Shown here: positions 14,466 through 27,349 of the stretch, in pieces
Position numbering within the stretch: position 1 is the first letter of the stretch
Layout of the letters: the number at the start of each line of letters is the position of its first letter
Assembly: GCF_006345805.1 (NCBI RefSeq)
Contig: NC_042998.1
Coordinates: 174,282,001-174,346,000, forward strand
From: Octopus sinensis
Taxonomy: Eukaryota
Reading direction: 5' to 3'
Length of the DNA stretch: 64,000 nt
The notes under the pieces: generated by a model
Told to the model about the DNA's origin: nothing
The model's database searches: none
The model's input: only the letters and a program-made list of their open reading frames with translations
Made by a program: the position numbers and the translations under genes

Positions 14466-14803
14466 GAGATCCCCTTCGGTCACGACACAGACCATGGGAT
14501 TGCACCTAGAAAGTTACCCTCCCAGGCACAAGTCCAGGTAAGGTTGTTTATGGAAGACCAGCAGTCGCCCATACATACCGGTCTCCCCTCTCCACACCAC
14601 CAGTGTTATTCAAGGGAAAGGCAAAGGCTAATACAGCTTAGCACCTGTGACATCGCAACGCAATTCTACAGCTGAGTGAACTGGAGCAACGTGAAATAAA
14701 GTGTCTTGCTCAAGAACATAACATGCAGCCCAGTCTGGGATTCAAGCTCACAATCTCATGATCGTAAACTCGACGCTCTAACCACTGAGCCATGCGTCTT
14801 CAC
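14466..14803 (-). mobile_element. tRNA-derived SINE (family B)
   Basis: Reverse-complement homologue of 42990-43327. tRNA-like head plus the ACACTTTATTTCACGTTGCTCCAGTTCACTCAGCTG central domain. Confidence 0.9.
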
Positions 14804-14807
14804 ATAT

Positions 14808-14830
14808 ATCTATAGATAGATAGATAGAAG

Positions 14831-14880
<50 letters not shown>

Positions 14881-14881
14881 G

Positions 14882-14912
<31 letters not shown>

Positions 14913-14917
14913 GAGAG

Positions 14918-14978
<61 letters not shown>
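14808..14978. repeat. (GATA)n microsatellite
   Basis: Visible directly. Confidence 0.97.
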
Positions 14979-15691
14979 TATGAAGGGCACTCAAAACATA
15001 TAATGGATCAAAAAGGTTTGATTCAAATTCCATGATACTTAACTTTTCAAAGCTTTGAAGCTTTAAGTAGTACGGAATTTGAATCAAAATGTTTTGATCT
15101 ATACATTATGTGTGTCTGTGTGTGTTTGTGTGTGTATGTATGTTTGTGTGTGTGTGCGTTTGTGTGTGTGTGGCTTAAAGAGAATTGTCTTCAGCAGGAA
15201 TACAACAACACTTCTCCATGCAAAGAGTAGCTTACATGGCACTTTCAACTTGTTGCACAATCTTTTAGAAGGACAAACAATTCTGCTCATTACCAGACCG
15301 AAAGTAGATCGTGTCTGTAGGATTAGCAAGTCTCCAACTAAACATTTCTCAGATTCATGAACTGACTTCAAGAACATTGCTCTTTGTGTAGGAATAAATA
15401 CTCAAATTGTTTTCCAAGATTAATGTCCATCACAATAAAGTAAACTGTAGCACTTGTACACTGTACCAACTAACCTTCAGATCATAGAAAAATGATATGA
15501 TATAAATGTCCTATATACATAGACACATACATGCATACATACATACATACATACATACATACATACATACATACATACATACATACATACATACATACAT
15601 ACATACATACATACATACAATCATACAAACATATAAAATTTAGATGGCGAAAACATAAATACTAATGGCGAAGCGAGTCCGGAAAGAGCGG

Positions 15692-15742
15692 TCTTAAGTG
15701 ATGAGGCAACGGAGATTGCCGAAACTGACGTCAGTATTAAGA
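15692..15742 (+). ncRNA. Type I hammerhead ribozyme motif, G3 core variant
   Basis: Stem I TCTTAA/TTAAGA, core GTGATGA, stem II GGCAA/TTGCC, GAAA, palindromic stem III CTGACGTCAG, GUA cleavage triplet. Confidence 0.75.
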
Positions 15743-16010
15743 ATTCTCGATCAGCACTTCTCGGACGGTTATGGTCGTTGTTAATGTATGTGTTTTCATT
15801 TCCGTGCGTTTACTACAGCATTAGATCGGTTTAGCTCTTGTTTCTATCGATGTAGGTGTTTCCTAACACCCTAGTCACATTTAGTGACAATTATAAATCT
15901 CCTCTTTGGTGAAAAATTGCAAACTGTTGTTTATATTAATTACATATGTGTGTGCGTGTATGTATATGTATACTTGTATACATATAACACACACAAAACA
16001 CACGCACGCA

Positions 16011-16059
<49 letters not shown>

Positions 16060-16574
16060 TCAAATTTTTTAAAATGAAAGCAAGAGGGACAAGTTTGGAC
16101 AAAGGGGTTATAAGTATAACGCTTGAAAGGAAAAGGAAAGATTATTTTTAAACGAGCCTCTGTTCTCTCTGAAGATGAGTGACGGAGGAACCAGGAGTGG
16201 TGTCCGCACGGAAATGCTTAGCAGAGCAGAAGTGTCGACAAAGAAGACCCGTCGCCGATGTCTCTAAGGTGTTCTGCAAACGTAAATGCCGGTCGGCAGT
16301 ACACTTTGCTCTGTGTAGAAAAGTGCACAAAATGAACAATGGAGTGAACAGTGGAATTGACCCGGTTGGTGGGGGTATAACAGGTGTGTTGGCTGGGTCT
16401 GGTAAGGAAGGTGTTATCAGAGAGGAGAAAGCAGGTGTGACAGTGATAATAAAGGTAAGGGGTTACAGAGGTTACAGACAATCTTAAAGGAGGAGATGAT
16501 AGGAGGAGGGAAGAAACGAGTGATTGTAGGGTAAGACTGAAGACGATGGAAGAGGCACATCATGATACGCATTT

Positions 16575-16845
16575 ATGTATGTATGTATGTATGTATGTAT
16601 GTATGTATGTATGTATGTATGTATGTATGTATGTATGTATGTGTGTATGTATGTATGTATGCATGTATGTATGTATGCACGTATGTATGTATGTATGCAT
16701 GTATGTATGTATGTATGCATGTATGTATGTATGCATGTATGTATGTATGCATGCATGTATGTATGTATGCATGTATGCATGCATGCATGTATGCATGTAT
16801 GTATGCATGTATTTATTTTTGTATGTATGTATGTATATGTATGTG
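16575..16845. repeat. (TATG)n/(CATG) microsatellite
   Basis: Visible directly. Confidence 0.97.
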
Positions 16846-16914
16846 TAGATTTGTATGTTTTGTTTCATGTATTTTCATGCATATAGTTGTACATCTAGAC
16901 ATGCTCATATATAT

Positions 16915-18362
16915 TTTTGAATGATAAACTTCTGGAAAGTTTTACAGAATTTTACAGTTCCAGTGACGGATTGGATCTCTAGTCTTCGTATTAGCTTTCT
17001 CCACTCTGGTTTTGAGAAGCCTAATTTCTTAAGATTGGTATTTAGGCAGTGTGTTGCATATCCTAGGGCCCCAATAATTACAGGTATAAACATGAACTTG
17101 TAGTCTGGATCGAGTAACTGCAGATGTTTCAATAGTTCAGCGTAGGTATTTTCTTTTTCACTGATCTTCTTTATGTTAACATCCGCTGGGCAGCTAATTT
17201 CTACAACTGTGCAGTTTCTCTTCTCTATCCCAAATCATTATATCAGGTCTGTTGTGTTTACATTTTATCGAGGTTTCCACTGGGACTTTCCACTAGTTCT
17301 TTTTATTATGAGTGGTTATGGCTTCTACCATATTGTGGCTTCTTATTTCTTTGTCCTCGGGGTTATCGTTCCAGTGGATTTCATTATAGAACATCCTATC
17401 GATAATACCATGATGAAATTTTCGGGCAACTGCTTATGATGTGGGTCATATCTTCGGTTTTAACTCCAGAAAGTTTGCATCGGTTGTCACATTTTACTGC
17501 TTCTCTATCTCTGACCCTTTTGTGAATCAAGAATTTGTTTGATATTTCCTGTTCCTGGATTGCAAACGTATACCTTTCAAAGTGGGAGGTAGTAATCTGG
17601 CTATTGATCCATAATAGATTGCTTTGATGATCAATGTTACTACCATCTCGAAGCTTTCTACTAACATATACAAGAATAGACTTCTGCTCATATATGTTCA
17701 TCCTTTCATCTGATGATACGTTACGGTAGAGTCCTGCGGCTTCTTTGGGCATGTATTCTAGGTTATCAGAAAAAGATTGTTTCTCAAGGAGCTGCCTTCC
17801 AAGTCTTATGATGTTGTCAGTCAAATGTATGCAAATTTGGTGAAGGAATGCACTTTCACATTTGGTGATTAAAATGTGTTGCCGAAGGGATATGATACGA
17901 AATTCACAGGCATCTTGGATCGATGTTAAGCCTCTGCCGTCTTGTCTACGTTATTGTTTATGTGTAAATTATGTGTGCTTGTTAGTAATTTTCAGATTTT
18001 CACATCAATGGCTCGGATATCATCAAGCGTCCAATCAAGCAACCCAAATGTCGGTATGAGTTCTGACACTACAAATACATTGTGGGCCACTGTTTGATTA
18101 CAGAGAGTTTTTTGAGGTCCACATTTTCTGTATTCTACTGTAATATTCTTTAGACACGTGTTTTGTAACAGACGCCATTGTAAGATATGTCTTCATCCAC
18201 ACCTAGATAGCTGTAGCATTCCTCGTCAGATATAGGGGAAGCAGTCAAGTCATTAATGTAGATATTGCTAGTCTGGTTTACTGTTTTCACCCTTTTTGCA
18301 ATCATATAATAACATTTATCCTGACCAAACTCCAACCCACATCCTTCGAGAATGTTGTAACT
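16915..18362 (-). mobile_element. R4/Dong-like non-LTR retrotransposon, 3' part (RT end plus restriction-like endonuclease)
   Basis: MEFGQDKC..YSYLGV, FAIQEQEI, CCHC-like CKLSGVKTEDMTHIISSC, and IPVIIGALG at the C-terminus. Confidence 0.85.
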
Positions 18363-19939
18363 GTATGTATATGGATATATGTATGTATATATTCAAAGAT
18401 ATATAAGTTTGAATACATGTATTTTTGTTGTTTTGGTACAACTTTGATCGTTGCTTCTCTGTACTTCTTTCAGGAATAGAGTGGTATCTGTGTCACTCGT
18501 GCTTATTGTTATTTCATTCGTGAAACAGTGGATTCTGGAGACTAAGCCTGTTAGGTTATCGCATTCCTACAACATTCATACTTCTTGCATACAAAAATGT
18601 CTTCGGCTGGTTGGGAGAAGAGAAGAAATTTTGTAACAAGATTCAGTAATTGAAACAGGAACAAACAATCGGTTTGCCAATAGCTAATTTGTATTCCGAA
18701 GCACTAGTATTGATTTCTTACTTAGATACAAAGTTTAAGCTTAACAGGATAGGAAAATAAATTGCTTGATACAAAACATTATAGTTTAAACAAAGAAACA
18801 TCTCTCGCGGTTATCCCACTTCCAAAATATATCAATCGAATTCTTTCTCAAATCATACCCTACTCTATTCAGAAGAAGGAAGACACTTCGTTTTAGGAAC
18901 TCTTTGGTACACAATATCCGACAAAAATCTGGAAGAGTCACTGATTCTGCTCACTCAATCAAAAGTCGAAACTGAACAACTTGTAGATACATTTGACTTT
19001 ATTTAACTATACGTTCATCAAAAATATAGCGTTCGTATAAAGAGAAACACTTTCTTAAGTAGGTAATGCATCAGAAAACGTCTCCGTATTATATTATCTT
19101 CTGTTTCCGATAGTTTTCTTGACGCAAATAAGTTAAAACCAACTGATATTGATTTGATTTTCGTACTAAGCAAATATTTTGTACTATTTTAAATAGAAAT
19201 GTAAGAGTTATAATATCATGGAGAGGGAATCTATGATAGTTGCAAATAACATTTTATCCATTTCCTCTCGACATATTCATTGATTTCCTTGCATTTGTGT
19301 TACACACTTGTACTTTATCGCTTAAATTTCAATTCATTTAGAAAGTCAACATTAGAAGAGCTCGTTTAGCAAAATTATTACGATCGTAATATATAATATT
19401 GGGTACTAATGTGGTTTCAAGCAGGTGCAAACACAGCTTCTTGCTACAGGTACCATTTAAATCAGTACTACCAGTTTTATGGTCGGGTGGTCGGCGACTA
19501 AACCGCCACCTTGCAAGGTGAGGAGTGTCCTACAGACACTCTGCAGGAGTAAAAACAAGACCTGTCCAAAGACAGATGGGGCTCATTAAGTCAACAGCCA
19601 TCCACAGGTGTGGTGTTTCATAGAAATATCTTGCATGGGAGCTAACAAACCGTGCAGCTAGTCCAAGCGTGTACCCACGAGACTCCATTGAGAGAAACAC
19701 TGTGGTCTCGAACTGGAATCGAGAAGGATGTGACGTAGAGAAAGAGGATGCTAATCGAGAATGAGACACTTCGAAGGAGACAGGCACGTATGAGCTGAGA
19801 AAATGGGAAATTATGGACGAGCTGGAGCAATGTAAAGTTATGTGCCTTGCTCACTGATACAAGGCCCTAAATGATTCAGGAATGGAACTCAGAAACATTA
19901 TTTTCGTGAATCCAACACATACCCCTAACCACTGAAACA

Positions 19940-20213
19940 TATATATATGTATATATATACATAATATATATATATATATATATGTTGGTGTGTATGTATA
20001 TATATATAATATATATATATATATTATATATATATGTATATTATATATATATATATATGTGTGTATATTATACATACTATATATATATGTGTATATATAT
20101 ACATACATATATATATATGTGTATATACATACATATATATGTATATTATATATATATATATATACATATAATATACATATACTATATATATGTATGTATG
20201 TATACACGTATAA

Positions 20214-20286
<73 letters not shown>

Positions 20287-20290
20287 TATA
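19940..20290. repeat. Degenerate (TA)n microsatellite
   Basis: Visible directly. Confidence 0.95.
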
Positions 20291-20291
20291 T

Positions 20292-20626
<335 letters not shown>

Positions 20627-20639
20627 TACACACACACAC

Positions 20640-20694
<55 letters not shown>

Positions 20695-20752
20695 ACATTA
20701 TTGGTGAATTGAAGAAATGGAGCTGAACGCAGATTGAACAGAAATCGTTTTA

Positions 20753-20841
20753 TTTCATTCTACACGTGTTTCGAAAGGCACAAATTACCAAAATCCGATT
20801 GAATAATGGGACCATATTGTGTCTTTCTCTTCAGGAAGAAA
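20753..20841 (-). ncRNA. Type I hammerhead ribozyme (mirror copy in left arm)
   Basis: Reverse complement of 22033-22120. Confidence 0.8.
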
Positions 20842-22032
20842 AAAGGAAATCCGTTAGAGAACAAAAACAGAACAGAGGCGGAACAAAAACCAAATCGAAC
20901 TATGCTCCTAAGAGCCCATGGCGAAACTGTTTATCAGTGTATGCTGAGAACCGGTGGCTGAAGAATTCTACAGGTCAGGCATCGGTCAATCATGTGGGTG
21001 AGGGTGTATAGATGTTCTTAGTGACGAATAAAGTTCTGACTATTTAAGGATATTGGATGTTTTATAAGGGGGAGAAAAAATCTACTTGTGAGACGTGTGT
21101 GTGTGTATACTGTTCTATTATGTGTGTGTTGGCGTAGGGGTAGAAAACACTTTTTGTGTACGTGTGTGCGTTTGATCGTTCGGCTGTCAGTGGCTACTGC
21201 CGTGATAACCGTTGGGTGGCAGAAAGAAAAAAATATATATATATTATGTTTTATGTGTGTGTGTGTTCATCTGAGCCTGCCTTGTCAAGGAAACCCCCCG
21301 CTGTGAAAAAACCAAGCCCCGTTTGTCTTACAGGAGTAATTCCCCTTGCAGTGGATAATCGTAGATATCTTAAAGGCTATTTCAGAATTTGTTACCAAGG
21401 GCTATGGGTGCCGGTATTATTTATAAACGCTATTTAAATAGCGTTTATAAATAATACCGGCACCCATAGCCCTTGGTAACAAATTCTGAAATAGCCTTTA
21501 AGATATCTACGATTATCCACTGCAAGGGGAATTACTCCTGTAAGACAAACGGGGCTTGGTTTTTTCACAGCGGGGGTTTCCTTGACAAGGCAGCTCAGAT
21601 GAACACACACACACATAAACATAATATATATATATTTTTTTCTTTCTGCCACCCAACGGTTATCACGGCAGTAGCCACTGACAGCCGAACGATCAAACGC
21701 ACACACGTACACAAAAAGTGTTTTCTACCCCTACGCCAACACACACATATATAGAACAGTATACACACACACACGTCTCACAAGTAGATTTTTTCTCGCC
21801 CCTTATAAAACATCCAATATTCCTTAAATAGTCAGAACTTTATTCTCGGTCACTAAGAACATCTATACACCCTCACCCACATGATTGACCGATGCCTGAC
21901 CTGTAGAATTCTTCAGCCACCGGTTCTCAGCATACACTGATAAACAGTTTCGCCATGGGCTCTTAGGAGCATAGTTCGATTTGGTTTTTGTTCCGCCTCT
22001 GTTCTGTTTTTGTTTCTCTAACGGATTTCTTT

Positions 22033-22120
22033 TTTCTTCCTGAAGAGAAAGACACAATATGGTCCCATTATTCAATCGGATTTTGGTATTTGTGCCTTTC
22101 GAAACACGTGTAGAATGAAA
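22033..22120 (+). ncRNA. Type I hammerhead ribozyme with elongated stem II
   Basis: Stem I TTTC-TTC/GAA-t-GAAA, core CTGAAGA (22040-22046), stem II GAAAG-a-CACAA/TTGTG-c-CTTTC, GAAA (22101-22104), palindromic stem III CACGTG, GUA cleavage site after 22112. Confidence 0.82.
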
Positions 22121-22338
22121 TAAAACGATTTCTGTTCAATCTGCGTTCAGCTCCATTTCTTCAATTCACCATAATGTTTTAATTTCATTATCCGCACCAA
22201 CGCACGTTGCAACGCCAGATGGTTGTACCTCCAACCGTGCTGTTTACTGCCGTGATTTTTGCTACTAAGTATCGGTTAACTTTTGATTAATCTACAACAA
22301 GATTATTCATCTTTCTATTTCACATAATTATATATATA

Positions 22339-22379
<41 letters not shown>

Positions 22380-22479
22380 TACAGCGTGAGATGAGTAAAT
22401 TGGTCGCCATTTCATATTTTTATTTCTCGCGTGCGCATAGTTTGCTTTTGATTTTGTCGACTACACAGTGTAGTAGCAA

Positions 22480-23150
22480 GCTTACCCCTCTATCTCCGTA
22501 AACCACTGATACGTAAAACAATGAGCTATTAATAGGTTATCGGCAGCACATGGAAAATTTACCATTTTGCCGAATGATATACCACAAAAACTTATTCTAT
22601 CACTCTTCATAACCTGTACCTACATAACTTTGATATAACTCTTCAAAAATACGTGCTGTCTAATGCACAAATGCATTATGGACAAATCTTTTCATTCTTT
22701 CCTGAAAATAGTTGCTCAAATTCTCAAAATTTACATCAGCCAAATAGAAATTTGGCTCGAAAGAAAGAAGGCTTAAAGAGGCGACTCCTAAATTCCTTTT
22801 TGCCAGCAATGCTAAATAGTCATTACACTACCAATCATTACATTCAAAAACACCAGCACACATAAAGGACACAGGCGCTACATTTAGGAAAATAATGGAC
22901 GTTCATGTACAAGTAACATAATCGATGTATTATAGTTAGTACCGGTTTGTAGTTAAACCCCATGCTCTCCTCCAACACATAATCTACAAATAGAGCATTT
23001 TTTTATGTCATATTTCTGCTCAGATCACCAATACAAATTAGAAATAGTCGGTCTTCCAAAACAAGAAAATGTTGTAATGATTTTCTCCCCATGGATATGT
23101 TTTTATCAAGTGCGACCTTCAATGTTTTAAACTCTTTCTTCACTGTCAAA
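22480..23150 (+). mobile_element. Possible very degenerate Penelope-like element (linker plus GIY-YIG)
   Basis: Remnants ITLHN...IFSFFPE...HQPNRNLAR and SCTSNII resemble the PLE thumb-to-GIY-YIG region. Heavily mutated. Confidence 0.4.
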
Positions 23151-24731
23151 ATCTCACAAAACGCTATTAATCATCTGAATTCAGTTCGTTAGAAGACATG
23201 GTAAATAGTATCTCTCCTCTTCTCAGTTATTGAGAAAGATTCATGATCCTGAGACCTTTAATCGGGTGCTTAATCCACTGGAAATAGCAACTAATTTTTC
23301 TTCAAACTTTAACCTATTTCCTTTGAAAAGGAATGATAAACACAATAAAGTGACAGGATAGTCAATGCTACAATGCTTTTCATGATAGATCTTTCTGATA
23401 AGGCCTGTCTTGTTTCTGAACAACAACAATAACAATTATCAAATTATCACAAACTCATTAGAAGAAAATTAAATTTTCCTGAAATTACCAGAGTATCCTA
23501 TAATGTTATTAATATTCAATACGTCTGAGTCGTAGAGCTCCAGACAAAATTATTAACAGTAAATCAAGAATTTGCTTCTTTCTTTTTAGGCTTCCGTGTT
23601 GTCTCACCGAAGACGACTTTGGCCAAGGCAAAAGTATGGTTCATAAGAGATCGGTCGACAAGCTAGATTCAATTTCGATATTATCTTTTACTGAATTCAT
23701 TTCGCTTGTATCACGAATGTGCTTTAGAAATCCATGAAAATTATACGTTCTAAATTTCACTCCGTCGTCTTGACTAAAATAATATATCAATATTCTTCAA
23801 TTCCAACGTATCTAATTGATATTGTTTACAATTTAACATGCAGAAAGATGTTCTCTCTATAGCAGAAGAATGTTAAACAATACGGATTTCATGATAAAGC
23901 AAACCACCGTGCGAAGCGTCCTGTCTCAAATCATGCTTATATTCAACATTTTAGAAAGCAAATACGAGTATTAAATCATAGTTATGATATTCCGTATTAA
24001 ATTCAAATATCTGAAGAAACCAGCCAAGCCAGATATAGCAACATAAAGCAAATTATTGAATTATAAACTATTCACATCTCATTATAATTTTAGATAATCA
24101 AGAAAATTTGTCTTCATTCTTACAAATTTATTGACAACGTTTGTTCGAAATATTCTTTTTTCAAGCTTCAAATATCTGAAATCTGAACGCCATTATTTCT
24201 ATTAATTGACCTATTAAAAGTAATGATGCGAATATGTTGCTTCTCTGATTTAGTTATGTTTTTGCTCAGAAGCATTATAATTTTGTTTAGTATGATATTA
24301 CAGTTATCATTCCAACAGTAATGTAATTTCTCTTTCTGCGGGTTTCTACCGTGGTTAGTTTCAACGTCACAGCTGAAGTAAAACAGATAACAATAGGATA
24401 TCAAACAACATGATTACTGTATAATAACATAATTAACTCCCGATTGCACCAATTAATGGTAATGCTTCAATTTCTGAACGTAGATTCTTCATTTCACACG
24501 TATCAGCATCTCGCCTACCATTTCCTTTCTCCTAAAGTGAATGGCGCATCCATAAAATACTTCTGATTACAAGTAGTCAAACTAAATTCCTTCTGAAATA
24601 ATTGTACTTTATCAGAAATTTTGCATGGACTACTGCTGAGCGCCAAGTAAGCTTAACTTTTAATTCCTTTCTCTTTCTCGCATGCGCTTGACAAAAATAT
24701 GCCTCTCGCATAAATTTCATTTACCTTCACT

Positions 24732-25042
24732 GTGAAGGCGTATGGCTTAATGGTTCGGATATTCGGCTCACCGTCGTTCAGTTCGATTCCTGACAGTCCT
24801 GGAGCCAGACACTTTATATTTCGCATTTGCTCCAGTCCAGGCGGGCAAAAATGAGTTGTACCTGTATATCAAAGGGCTTACCTTGTCACATATTGTCAGT
24901 CTGAATTTCCCTAAGGACTACGTTAAGGGTACGAGTTTCTGTTGGAGCGCTCAGCCACTTGCAAGTTAATTTCACGAGCGGTCTGCTCGGTAAGATTAAA
25001 TCAACTGGAACCTTCGCCATTGTAACCGACGGAGTGCCAGAT
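24732..25042 (+). mobile_element. tRNA-derived SINE (family A, short variant)
   Basis: tRNA-like head and the same 3' tail as 61855-62045. TSD ATTTACCTTC(A/T)CT at 24719-24731 and 25043-25055. Confidence 0.85.
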
Positions 25043-25901
25043 ATTTACCTTCTCTGCAATTATGAAGGCTTGTACAGATCTAAGAAATCAATAGCATAAC
25101 AAATTTCAGAGATCATGAATTCAATGCCAAACAATTTCCTATGAAAAGGTAAGAAGAAATGACGGAGTACTGGACTTTAATTGAAATATACCAACAACCA
25201 TGAAACGTTAACAATTAAACTCATCATCTCAAAGTAAGGCATGCTGTCTCTCTCTTTCTTTCTCTCTCTCTCTAAAACTCACTCTTTCTCTCTCTCTATC
25301 CCTCTCTCTCGGTAACACCACTTCCTTAACAACATATAATACAGATAACTGAATCTAATTGTGCGTGCAAGATTTTCATAGCTGAATACATTTTTAACCC
25401 TGAAAGATTACATTTTGTTTATAAAGTCCAGAAACGGTACAGCATCAGTCACAGGGTATTCGACTGAATCTTAAAGACAATCATCAAACTGAAGTGCTTT
25501 GCCTAAAATCCCTTCATACATATTAAGCTTTTCTACAATGTTCTATAAGCACCATACTCTAGGAGTCTGAAAAAAGAATATCCGTATCCGTTTATTTGCT
25601 TAAGTTTTGATAAGTGTGTTTATCTAGACCTCTTCTTTTTACCACATATATTTTTTTCTTTTCCAAATAATCATAAAATCTAAGATTACATTGATATATA
25701 AAATTCTTTACTGAACTAATTAGAAACAAAGTGGAATTCTTAGTAATGCATCGACAGTGCTATTTCATTGATTCGAAAACAATCGTGCTTCTCTTTCAGA
25801 GAATAAATCTTTCACCATTTCCCATAATGCCGGCATTTGTCGTTTTTATTTCCCTCATTAGCCAGTCACTTCTCTTAACGGATGCTCGTAGATATATTCA
25901 C

Positions 25902-25961
<60 letters not shown>

Positions 25962-26874
25962 AGTGTATATGCATACTCACACATATATATATGTGCATAT
26001 AAACACACACACACACACACATTTCAGCACAGAGTCAATTCCTTACACACGTAATCCCATATGTGTTTGCGTACATGGGTGTATTTCTGCGCGTATATAA
26101 GAATATATGTTATGTATGTATATATGTATGTATGTATTATGTATGTATGTATGTATGTATGTATGTATGTATGTATGTATGTATGCATCCATGCATGTGT
26201 GTGCGTGTGTGTATCGATTTCTTTTTACTGGCCGGGGCATTGACAATAAAAACATTGTTTCAGCTTTTAATGGAATAAAATAACTCTAAATTCAATTGAC
26301 TTTTAAAATACGTTGGTTAGACAAAGAAGAATTTTATAAGTAGTTTATTTTATTACCCTGTATAATGACTTACTAACTTTATGATAACGCAGGTTAAACC
26401 ATAAAACATTTGAAAAGAAGCAATAATGTTTTGTCAGCTGTACTGTAACGGCAAAAACTATCGAACTGTGATGGTAATATTCTTAACTTTAAGACCAACG
26501 TTTTAAAATCCCGCATACACTTAGCACGCATTCACTTCCTTCCGCGCGTCATCAAGCATGTATATATTTCTGCATGTGTATATATATTTCATGATACTAT
26601 AAATTATACCTTTATGTATTTGCATATATGAATTTGATCTCTCCATGTGTGGTTATTTGACCAAGTTTGATGTTCAGTCATTCCCTAATTTCTTGCATTA
26701 CGTTCAAATTGCATAAAGTGAGTGTGTGTGTTAGTTTTCCAAACATGCGGCGGTGCACTCATTCTGTTTTTAAATGTCTTGCTTCGAGAACTGCATTCGG
26801 TACGATATGTTTATTTATTTTAGTAGTTTTGACTTTGAGTCCCTCCTAGCGTGTAGCATTTATGTGTAATAATG

Positions 26875-26916
<42 letters not shown>

Positions 26917-26954
26917 GAAAGAAGGTTTGAAAATGCAATTTAAAAGATGTTTAT

Positions 26955-26999
26955 TTACTTTACCGGTTTCACTCTTTGGAAAAAGATTGTCAAAAGTAA
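26955..26999 (-). ncRNA. Type I hammerhead ribozyme, U3-A8 core variant, inside a ~175 bp (TA)n-flanked insert (26915-27088)
   Basis: Minus strand reads TTACTT-TTGACAA-TCTTTTTCCAAAGAGT-GAAA-CCGG-TA-AAGTAA. Stem I is 6 bp, stem III is palindromic CCGG, cleavage triplet GUA. Confidence 0.72.
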
Positions 27000-27081
27000 T
27001 ATGTGGAAGTTTGGTTGCGTTAATTATTGGTTGTTACAAATTGCTACATTACATATATATACAGTCTTTGGTAACAGGGAC

Positions 27082-27159
<78 letters not shown>

Positions 27160-27169
27160 TTATAGAAGG

Positions 27170-27220
27170 AGCTTCTACAGGACTAGAACTGTTTCATTCA
27201 AAAGAAATCATCAGGAAGCT
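27170..27220 (-). ncRNA. Type I hammerhead ribozyme (mirror copy)
   Basis: Exact reverse complement of 27217-27267 within the palindrome. Confidence 0.86.
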
Positions 27221-27267
27221 TCCTGATGATTTCTTTTGAATGAAACAGTTCTAGTCCTGTAGAAGCT
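27217..27267 (+). ncRNA. Type I hammerhead ribozyme
   Basis: Stem I AGCTTC/GAAGCT, core CTGATGA (27223-27229), stem II TTC-TTTT-GAA with a U.U mismatch at its base, GAAA, stem III CAG/CTG, GUA cleavage after 27261. Confidence 0.88.
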
Positions 27268-27349
27268 CCTTCTATAAAATAAATTAATTTACTCTGCTAT
27301 GTATTGAGTACCTTATTTACTGTGGTTAACCCCGACTCAACCCGGGACC

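Larger units (their letters stand above)
20693..22179. repeat. Spacerless long inverted repeat (palindrome), arms about 743 bp
   Basis: Centre GCTATTT|AAATAGC at 21435/21436. The arms are reverse complements with only a few, mostly single-base indel, differences. Confidence 0.97.
27151..27286. repeat. Perfect 136 bp palindrome (68 bp arms)
   Basis: Centre AAG|CTT at 27218/27219. No mismatches seen by eye. Confidence 0.97.

Noticed and set aside
19400-19935. GC-richer island with two short minus-strand ORFs; similar unexplained islands at 13480-13790 and 16150-16560
   Set aside because: Probably old LINE fragments, but I could not identify motifs firmly enough to call them.
20766-22075. Pairs of near-identical ORFs on opposite strands (20766/21863 and 21156/21434)
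   Set aside because: A by-product of the palindrome. No recognisable domain, and the frames differ through indels.
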